A DNA stretch of 64,000 nt from Candidatus Latescibacterota bacterium (GTDB lineage Bacteria > Latescibacterota > UBA2968 > UBA8231): assembly GCA_963422735.1 (NCBI GenBank), contig OY730476.1, positions 3,488,001-3,552,000 on the forward strand. Direction: 5' to 3'. Position numbers and translations under genes: made by a program. Position 1 is the first letter of the stretch. Every line of letters starts with the position of its first letter. Below the pieces are notes generated by a model, which saw only the letters and a list, made by a program, of their open reading frames with translations, did no database searches and was not told the DNA's origin. Shown here piece after piece: positions 56,846-64,000 of this stretch.

Positions 56846-57925
56846 TCACAGGCCGCGCAGGTCCTCGGCCACGCTGTCGTACCAGTGTGCGCTGCGGAAG
56901 CGATCCCCCCGCCGTTTGGCGCCCTCGCACAACCGCCGGTACAGCTCGGGGTCCGCCATCAGCCGCTCGATGGCAGACTTGAGCTCAGCGGCGGAACGGG
57001 GTTCCACAATCAGCCCGCTTTTCTCATGTTCGACCAGCTCGGGAACGCCGCCCCACCGGGCCGCGACGACGGGCAGACCGCACTGAAAGGCTTCCAGAAT
57101 GCTACCGGGATAGCCTTCCCGTCCGCGATAGCTGGGAAACAGCATCAGGTCATGTTCGCTGAGGACCCGTGGCACTTCTGTCGGCTCCAGCACGCCGCCA
57201 TAGGTCGCCCGGGGGTGGCCGTCGAATCCGGAGAGGTCCGTGTCGGACGTACAAGGGCCAAACACATTGAGATGACAATTGTCAGGCAAATGACGGCACG
57301 CCTCCAATGCTTCTGCCAGCCCCTTGTCCATGTGCAGTTGGGCGATAAAGACAAGCCTATTGACTTTCTCACGCCTGACGCAGCTAGGCCCTTCTATATC
57401 TCTCGTATTGGGGAACCAGCGAAAATTGGTCCTGTCGCCGAAGCTGCGGTGCGACTGCTGAGTTTCCACATACACCAAAGCGGAGCGCATGTAGGTCCGG
57501 TCCGCCACCCAGTGCGCCAAAGCCCCATATCCTTGGTAGGTCGCCCCAAAGCCGGACCCGGAAATCCGCAGCACCAAGGGGCGGCGCACCGTTTTGCAGA
57601 TGACCCAGAAAAACGACGCCAGCCCTATCGCCGAATAGGGCGCGATTACCAACATGACCACTTGGGAGTGGCGGAGCTTCTTAGCGGCCCTCCAGACCAC
57701 CCGTAGGAACCTAGTCAAGCGAATGGCCCGGATTTTCCAGGCGGAGAGGTTCGTCACGTGGCCCGAAGTGTCAACGATCTCCAAGTTGAAATCCCGCTGC
57801 CCTAGCTCCCGGAGGAGTTCATTGGCCATCACCTTGTTGCCCCCGATGATGTTGGTATCGGAGTGTCCAGATCTGTGCAGCGGGGCGATGAGCAGGATGG
57901 TCGGTTTTCGATTCTCTTTGGCCAT
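56846..57925 (-). CDS. GT4 glycosyltransferase
   Basis: KGLAEAL, FPS...EGYPGSILEAFQCGLPVVA..GGVPELV. Confidence 0.92.
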   Translation of the reverse strand: MAKENRKPTILLIAPLHRSGHSDTNIIGGNKVMANELLRELGQRDFNLEIVDTSGHVTNLSAWKIRAIRLTRFLRVVWRAAKKLRHSQVVMLVIAPYSAIGLASFFWVICKTVRRPLVLRISGSGFGATYQGYGALAHWVADRTYMRSALVYVETQQSHRSFGDRTNFRWFPNTRDIEGPSCVRREKVNRLVFIAQLHMDKGLAEALEACRHLPDNCHLNVFGPCTSDTDLSGFDGHPRATYGGVLEPTEVPRVLSEHDLMLFPSYRGREGYPGSILEAFQCGLPVVAARWGGVPELVEHEKSGLIVEPRSAAELKSAIERLMADPELYRRLCEGAKRRGDRFRSAHWYDSVAEDLRGL

Positions 57926-58055
57926 GCTCCAAGTTCCTAAGCTCAGTTCTTTCCTATGTGATTAACTGACGTTACAGTAGTTTGTCGCGGACGAACCAGT
58001 CCATGCGGGTGGTCCCAACCGGTGGCCCCCCGGCTGGATGTCACGCCTAAACCAA

Positions 58056-58826
58056 ATCTACCAAGCCCTGCATCCGTTCATACATTCGACTAGCTGACGC
58101 CGAACATGCCGCCAGCACGACGGCCAGCAGCACCCAGCAACCGCCAAAGTACCGGCGTCTTACGTGTGCTCCGACCGCATGGATTTTTCGGGGGGGGGTA
58201 TAAGTAATTATTTTTATTTAACTTATGGCGTTTTATTGGCTTGCCGCCGGCAGAGGCTTCATCGGCCTCGAGAATGCCGTGTAGCAACCTAGCCCCGGGC
58301 GGGGTACGGAGGCGATGCTGCATGGAAAGGGCTATCTGGTGGGGCAAATCAAGAAAGCGGGCAAGCTCGTAGCTGGAGAGACTTTTCTTGGCATTGACCA
58401 TCAACCCGATAGCCATAAGCCATTCTTGAAGGGGTGCCTTTGTTTTGCTTAGGACGGTACCAGATAGCACATTAAAACTTGACCGACAATCGCGGCAATT
58501 CCAACGGCCCACGCGGTTGCCATCTATCTTTCGCTCTACTTTCTCGCTTTCGCAATGCGGACAAGTAGTAATGCCACCCCAACGAATCTCTTCAAGATGG
58601 GCAATGCAAGCTTCTTGGCTGAGAAAGAGCGAAAAGATGGTACTCAAATTCATGGTTTAGCCCCCCCTGACTATAGGTATAAGATAACTCATAGCCTTCG
58701 GCAGTGTAAAGCCCATAAGCTGCTATTCCGACCGCCAATGATCTCGATCCGTGTGCGCGAGTACAGTGCTTTGTCGGCCACGAAGAAAAAAATGGTTTCG
58801 GGCGTGACGAGGATCGGAGCGAATGC
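58056..58826 (-). pseudogene. Decayed copy of the 5' part of the 47446-49815 ligase gene, split by the IS1595 remnant
   Basis: 58056-58147 matches about 49453-49625 with deletions; 58731-58826 matches about 49625-49730. Confidence 0.8.
58148..58730 (-). mobile_element. Truncated IS1595-family transposase (ORF starts 58653)
   Basis: EACIAHLEEIRW..CPHC...CRDC..F.V.SGT, KKSLSSYELAR, EADE..GG...KTPV; lower GC; flanked by the 8-bp direct repeat ACCGCCAA. Confidence 0.85.
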
Positions 58827-59010
58827 ATGAAGAGGGGCGTCCGAAAGCCCCTGAGCACATTCTTGCTTCAGTTCATCAAGCTCGAAACCCTGAAAACTAT
58901 CTAGTGCATATATTTTCCTCGGGATCCCGATCCTATCCACGTACCGGGCCATCATAATCGACGTTCCGCACCTCGCCGGGCCGCCGATGTCGTCTCCTTG
59001 AATCCACTAT
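58827..59010 (-). pseudogene. Fragment of a TylF/MycF-like O-methyltransferase
   Basis: GDI...RCGTSIMMARY...RKIYALDSFQGF fused to the ligase remnant. Confidence 0.5.
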
Positions 59011-59031
59011 CGACCCGTCCTTTAACCCCCA

Positions 59032-59700
59032 TCAGCTAGTCGCAGGAATCCAGACAGCCTCGTTGACCTGCCCGGTCTGCCCGGTATCCAGATAGGCGCG
59101 GATCGCGCTGGCCGAGCGGCGGATGGCGTCCATGATCGGCTCGGAGTAGGCGGCGAAGGCGGCGTGAGTAATTTCCCGCGGCCTCGTTTCGTCTGGGGCC
59201 TCCTTGTAGCGGGCTTGGCCCTCGATCGATTCGGTCCGTTTGCAGACTAAGGCGTCGAAGTCGTCGAGAGCGACTTCGACGAAGGCCCCCACTTCTTCGT
59301 TGAATACGGTTTCCCCCAGCGAGATAGGCCGCGTACAGAGGTAGAAAAACTGCATTGCGGAGTGCCCTATGTTCTGGAGCGGTTGCTGTCCGAGGAGGAC
59401 CAACTCGACGGGTGTCAGCGCGATGCCGACTTCCTCGGCGAATTCGCGCCGCGCTGCTGCTATGGGCGTTTCTCCGGCCCGTATGTGCCCGCCGGCCGGT
59501 GCGTCAAGGCTGCCGAGATAGGGGTCGCCGGGGCGCGAGCGAGCCTGGAGCAGGGTGTGGGCGGTGCCGGAGGATGTGCGCCAAGCCGCCCAGACGAAGG
59601 CCAATCCGACGCAGTTGCCATCGCGGTAGGCGGCGGTGCGTTCCTTAGTGCCTGTGGGACGGCCTTGACCATCGAAAAGCGCGATGAGTTCGTCGGGCAT
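59032..59700 (-). CDS. NUDIX hydrolase (IDI-like)
   Basis: GGHIRAGETPIAAARREFAEEVG Nudix box. Confidence 0.9.
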   Translation of the reverse strand: MPDELIALFDGQGRPTGTKERTAAYRDGNCVGLAFVWAAWRTSSGTAHTLLQARSRPGDPYLGSLDAPAGGHIRAGETPIAAARREFAEEVGIALTPVELVLLGQQPLQNIGHSAMQFFYLCTRPISLGETVFNEEVGAFVEVALDDFDALVCKRTESIEGQARYKEAPDETRPREITHAAFAAYSEPIMDAIRRSASAIRAYLDTGQTGQVNEAVWIPATS

Positions 59701-59708
59701 GAAGCAGG

Positions 59709-60509
59709 CTACAGAAACACGGCGATAAACTGCAAGGCAAACGCGCCGACCGTGGCCAGCAGGCACAAACCACCGGCCAAATAAGCCCCCAAGCCCTCGC
59801 GCTCCGAGCTGCGGCTGAAAACATACGCCGCGGCGTAGCCACCGATGAAGCCGCCGCCGTGCGCCCAGTTATCAACGCCAGGCATTACAAAGCCCATGAT
59901 GAAAAGCAAGACCGCCCACTGGAGAAATTGCCGGGTAAAGAGCTGTGCCCCAGCGCGCCGACCGTAGGCAATGGCCGCGGCTAGGAGGCCGAAGATCGAG
60001 CCGGAGGCCCCCAGCGTGAGTTCGTGGCCTGCTAGCGTCGAGGCTACAAAGCCGGCGATGCCAGCGATCGTGAAAATCGCAAAGAGGCGGAAGGGGCCGA
60101 AGAGATCTTCTACAACCGGACCAAGCTGGCGCACCCACATCATGTTGAAGAAGATGTGCAGCAGGCTGCCGTGCAAGTAGATGGCGGTGATCGGAGTCCA
60201 CCAAAATTCATAGGAGAAGACGGGCACGGTGCCGGTGACGCCGAGTTTGAAGCTGGCTTGGATGCTCGGCGAGAGAATCTGCATCAGGCCCTGCGTCTGA
60301 AAAATCGCCGATGGATCTAAGGCCAACGCGACCAGGTAGAGTACGCCGCAGAACACGGTGATTAAGTGCGGGAAATTTAGCTGTAGGCCGAGCTTGCGCA
60401 TGGTGGCCGTCGCGCCCCACAACCCGGGTTTGCGCTGGCCGCAATGGGGGCAGGTTTCGGCGTCGGCATTGACGATTTTGTGGCAGCGAGGGCAGAGGAT
60501 GGCGGCCAT
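59709..60509 (-). CDS. Rhomboid intramembrane protease with N-terminal zinc ribbon
   Basis: CPRC...CPHC; HGSLLHIFFN, GASG, DNWAHGGG. Confidence 0.92.
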   Translation of the reverse strand: MAAILCPRCHKIVNADAETCPHCGQRKPGLWGATATMRKLGLQLNFPHLITVFCGVLYLVALALDPSAIFQTQGLMQILSPSIQASFKLGVTGTVPVFSYEFWWTPITAIYLHGSLLHIFFNMMWVRQLGPVVEDLFGPFRLFAIFTIAGIAGFVASTLAGHELTLGASGSIFGLLAAAIAYGRRAGAQLFTRQFLQWAVLLFIMGFVMPGVDNWAHGGGFIGGYAAAYVFSRSSEREGLGAYLAGGLCLLATVGAFALQFIAVFL

Positions 60510-60513
60510 CGTT

Positions 60514-61785
60514 TTAGATCCCCAGATGCTCGTTGATCTCGGCTTGGTACGCGTTGATCTGGTCGTTGCAGACGGCATCGACCGAGAGCGCACAGCCGGC
60601 GACTTGGGACTCCATTAGGCTGTAAGACAGACCCACGGCGCGAGCGCCTTGATGGGCATCGACTTCGGGCTGTCGTCCCTGTTGAATACAGGTGCCAAAC
60701 TCGTGGTATTCGACGGCAATTAGCTTGCGGTCGGTCGCGGGAAAAGGCAAGTGGTACTCGAAGAGCCGGTCCCCGCCAAAGAGCGCGGCCGTGGCCTCGT
60801 CGAGGCGGTGATCGGGCACTAGGTCGAGGAGGGCTTGGTCGTCTATGGGGTCTGCGTCGTCAAGGTGGAGCGCGAGGCGGTTGCCCGAGCGGTCGCTAGG
60901 TAGTTCGAGCGAGCCGAGGCTGCCGTGGATGGACCGCCGCCACAGGTTTTGGCCATGGGCCGCGTGGTCTTCGATGTACTGGGCGACCGCGCCGCTTTTG
61001 AAGAGGATGGTGGCGTAGGCCGCGTCGTCGGCGGTAGCTGTAAACTTGGCCGGCATGTCTTTTTGCCAGCGTTCATAGACGCCCCCTGGGGAGCCGCTGC
61101 TGACGGCTGCGCGACCGGCTACGGGGTTTTTGCGGGTCGGCTCATGCAGGCGCGTTTGCGCGTAGGCCGTGTCGGCCTCCCCGAGAAAATACTCCATGAT
61201 GTCGGCAAAGTGAACGCCTACGTCGAGGAGGACGCCGCTGGCGTTTTTCTGGTGCCGCCACACTGAAATGAGCATGCCGTCGCCGCCGCCCATGGTAATT
61301 TGCTGCATCAGGCGCGGACGCCCAATGATGCCGGCTGAGAGCAGGGCTTTGGCGAGGCGGTTTACCGGGTCGCGGCGGTAGTTTTCGGCCACTGATAGGA
61401 CGCACCCAGTCTCTTGAGTTTTGGCGATCATCTGCTTGCTGGCGCGGGCTGTAAGCCCCATGGGTTTTTCGCACATCGCGTGCCAGCCGCGTTCCATGGC
61501 CTCGATGGCCACTGTGTGGTGATGGGCCGGCAGAGTGGTAATATCAACGGCTTGGACCGGGGCGACCGAAGCTAGTTCAGCGAGGTCTTTGACGGGTTGA
61601 GGTCGCGCCCCTAGCCGCTCCTCGGCTTGGTCGGCGAGCGAGTGGGCGTTGTCGAGATTGGGGTCGCAGGCACCTACCAACTCAAAGGGCGACAGGCCGG
61701 CGCATTGCAACTCGGCGAGGCCGTAAAGATGGCGGTGGCCCATGCCGCCGCAGCCGACGATGGCGAGGGGCAGTTTTTTGGACAT
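60514..61785 (-). CDS. Gfo/Idh/MocA oxidoreductase
   Basis: IVGCGGMG, CEKP, AENYR, DVGVHFAD. Confidence 0.9.
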   Translation of the reverse strand: MSKKLPLAIVGCGGMGHRHLYGLAELQCAGLSPFELVGACDPNLDNAHSLADQAEERLGARPQPVKDLAELASVAPVQAVDITTLPAHHHTVAIEAMERGWHAMCEKPMGLTARASKQMIAKTQETGCVLSVAENYRRDPVNRLAKALLSAGIIGRPRLMQQITMGGGDGMLISVWRHQKNASGVLLDVGVHFADIMEYFLGEADTAYAQTRLHEPTRKNPVAGRAAVSSGSPGGVYERWQKDMPAKFTATADDAAYATILFKSGAVAQYIEDHAAHGQNLWRRSIHGSLGSLELPSDRSGNRLALHLDDADPIDDQALLDLVPDHRLDEATAALFGGDRLFEYHLPFPATDRKLIAVEYHEFGTCIQQGRQPEVDAHQGARAVGLSYSLMESQVAGCALSVDAVCNDQINAYQAEINEHLGI

Positions 61786-61932
61786 ATCCATCCTTTCCAT
61801 ATATAAGATATAAGCTCAATATAAGGTGCTAGGGCGATGCTCTCCACTTGAGATTGTGGCGGTAAAAGGCGGCAGGTATATTACCCGTATGATATTTCGC
61901 ATCTGAAGCCGAAGGGGCGAGGACGATAGCCC

Positions 61933-62484
61933 ATGACAATTGTCGAACATATTGCCACGGCGGCGGACTTGGAGCGACTACCGGACGATGGGTTTCGCTA
62001 CGAATTAGTGTGTGGGGAGGTGCGTAAGATGACGCCAGCGGGCAATGAACACGGAAGAATCGCCGCGTTAGTAACGGCATCGCTAGTACAGCACGTGCTG
62101 GCCAACCGACTCGGATCAGTGTATGCGGCGGAAACGGGTTTCCGGCTGGCGTCGAACCCGGATACGGTGCGGGCACCGGATGCGGCTTTTGTGTGCCAAG
62201 CGCGGCTGGATGCGGTGGGCGCGGTGGCCGGCTATTGGCCGGGAGCGCCCGATTTGGCGGTGGAGGTGGTCTCGCCCGGGGATCGCTACGGGGAGGTCTC
62301 GGAAAAGGCGGCTGCTTGGCTGGCGGCTGGGACGCAAATGGTGGTGGTCGTCGAGCCGCGGCAGCGCACGGTGGCGGTGCATCGCGTTGACAGTGCCATT
62401 CGCACCTTGGGAGAAGGCGATGTGCTGGAGGGAGGGACGGTGGTACCGGGGTGGGCCGTGTCGGTCGCGGCGTTGTTTACCTAG
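61933..62484 (+). CDS. Uma2-family endonuclease
   Basis: RYELVCGE, AETGF, VRAPDAAFV, APDLAVEVVSP. Confidence 0.92.
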   Translation: MTIVEHIATAADLERLPDDGFRYELVCGEVRKMTPAGNEHGRIAALVTASLVQHVLANRLGSVYAAETGFRLASNPDTVRAPDAAFVCQARLDAVGAVAGYWPGAPDLAVEVVSPGDRYGEVSEKAAAWLAAGTQMVVVVEPRQRTVAVHRVDSAIRTLGEGDVLEGGTVVPGWAVSVAALFT

Positions 62485-62552
62485 TGCAGCAAGTCTCTGT
62501 AGAAAGGGCGAGGAGCGGCCTGTTAGTTCCCAACGGGAAATCAGCCAGCAAC

Positions 62553-63188
62553 CTACAAAGCATCATCATCTAACTCAGATTCAATTTTCTCTTTAGCATC
62601 TAGAAAGGCTTCCCAAGAGGGCCCTTCATACCCCAATTGTATAAATCCCCGACCTCGCTTAAGCCCCTTAAGTTCTAGTCCTATCATCATTCCCGACTTC
62701 TCATCTTCAAAAATAGATGCCCAAATCCCACAACCATCATACTTCAAACACTGATAAAATTCATCCCATTCGTCCCACAACTTCCTTCCCGAAGATTCGT
62801 GTTCGGCAATAGGAGAACCATACTTCTTTTTTAGACTTGTCTTAATCTTCTCATACTGTTCCTTCCCCTTTCTTCCGGACACATCATCTTCAATGTCTTT
62901 AGAAGACATACTAATCTTCTGAAGATGTTTTTCCGTAACAAATATTAAGTGATAAAACTCAGCTATGGTCAAATTCTTCGGTAAGGACGTAGCTTGAAGA
63001 ATTCCCGTAACACCCAAAGGAAGATCTGATTTAATCTCTTCTTTAATCTCTACTTCCACTAATTGAGCTACTTGTGCTTCCGTCATTCCCCACGTTAAAC
63101 CAAACGGAGCATTCCCTTCCTCTGAAAACACAGCGGACGCATACAAGAAACAAAAGCTAACAGCTAACACTCCATTTCGTCTCAGCAT
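62553..63188 (-). CDS. Low-GC secreted hypothetical protein
   Basis: Signal peptide, APFGLTWGMT motif, AGGAG RBS; markedly AT-rich. Confidence 0.75.
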   Translation of the reverse strand: MLRRNGVLAVSFCFLYASAVFSEEGNAPFGLTWGMTEAQVAQLVEVEIKEEIKSDLPLGVTGILQATSLPKNLTIAEFYHLIFVTEKHLQKISMSSKDIEDDVSGRKGKEQYEKIKTSLKKKYGSPIAEHESSGRKLWDEWDEFYQCLKYDGCGIWASIFEDEKSGMMIGLELKGLKRGRGFIQLGYEGPSWEAFLDAKEKIESELDDDAL

Positions 63189-63250
63189 ATAAAGTTCTCC
63201 TTTTTTAGACTGATTTTCGCAATTTTATGGCATCAGGTCCTCTATCTGCG

Positions 63251-64000
63251 TCAAGCTAAATGGCGCAGCGGTCCGCGATGGGGATCGACGAGCGGCACGG
63301 GTGCTGAGAGCGCAATCAAGTCGGGGATATCAAATTCGGCCAGTAGGCCAAAGCAATAAAGGGACGGGGCGGCATCGTAGGTCAACGGCCAGTCGATGAG
63401 GCGGCCTAGCGAGTCAAGCAGAGTGTTGGTCGTCAGCGAGGCGAGGGCTTGGGGTTTTAGCGCAGCAGCGATTAGCGCGACGACCGGGCAGACGCGGCCG
63501 TGGGCCGTCAGGTGTAGCGCCCGGCTCTTTTGGCCTGCTGTCGCCAGTAGCGCGAGCACTTGGCCGACTTGGATGCCGAGTGGGCGCTGGCCAGCAGTGG
63601 CGACTAGCATCTGGTGGCGCGGGTCGGTGCGGAGTTCGCCGGTAGCGAAAATGTCGGCGGCGATCACCCGGCGGCCTTGTGCGAGGGCGGCGGCTAGCGG
63701 GGCAGCAAGCGCACCGCGCCCGCCATCGGCGATGAGCAGTTCAATGCCTCGGGGGCGCGGCGGCGTGTATTCGGTCAGTGGCAGGGTCCAGGTATCGTCG
63801 AGGTGCAATAAGTAGTGTTGGATAGTACCGGTTTTGCGCTTTTGTGCGGTGCCGCCTTCTTGCAGGGATCTATTCTTCCACTGCGGCAGCTTGAGTAGTG
63901 AGGCGAGTGCTTGGCGTGCGGCGGCCGGAGGGCGCGTTTCTTTTGGGTGCTCCCGGATCTTGCGAAGAGCTGCCTGCGCGATGGAGAGCAAAGTGGCGTT
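63251..64000 (-). CDS. C-terminal part of an alpha/beta-hydrolase-like protein (truncated by the window edge)
   Basis: VIAADIFATGE, LG.QV, FGLLAEFDIPDLIAL; frame open to the window end. Confidence 0.6.
   Translation of the reverse strand, partial: NATLLSIAQAALRKIREHPKETRPPAAARQALASLLKLPQWKNRSLQEGGTAQKRKTGTIQHYLLHLDDTWTLPLTEYTPPRPRGIELLIADGGRGALAAPLAAALAQGRRVIAADIFATGELRTDPRHQMLVATAGQRPLGIQVGQVLALLATAGQKSRALHLTAHGRVCPVVALIAAALKPQALASLTTNTLLDSLGRLIDWPLTYDAAPSLYCFGLLAEFDIPDLIALSAPVPLVDPHRGPLRHLA

Overview
GC-rich bacterial chromosomal segment. Four proteins end in an 'N(Y/A)PNPFNP...MLLLK/R' T9SS type-A/FlgD-like C-terminal domain, and there are cohesin/dockerin-like and plant-type LRR modules. 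Together these suggest an FCB-group organism such as a sponge-associated Ca. Latescibacterota/Handelsmanbacteria (inference). In order, the window holds: a secreted heparinase II/III-family lyase; a central-metabolism block (gltA, hpf, split pntAA/AB/B, an Lrp-type regulator divergent from gltBD); decayed toxin-antitoxin remnants; a NiCoT/RcnA-like transporter; a 3-gene cassette flanked by a duplicated 3' end of an ABC ATPase gene; a TonB receptor plus Fec-type ABC operon; three tandem modular secreted Ig-repeat proteins sharing DNA cassettes; a GldA/F/G-like ABC system with a doubled GldG; hicAB pseudogenes; and a surface-polysaccharide locus. The most unusual feature is an O-antigen-ligase (Wzy_C) protein with four plant-receptor-type LRR modules inserted into its catalytic periplasmic loop. 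No rRNA, tRNA or CRISPR array was seen. All family assignments come from motif recognition by eye, not database searches.
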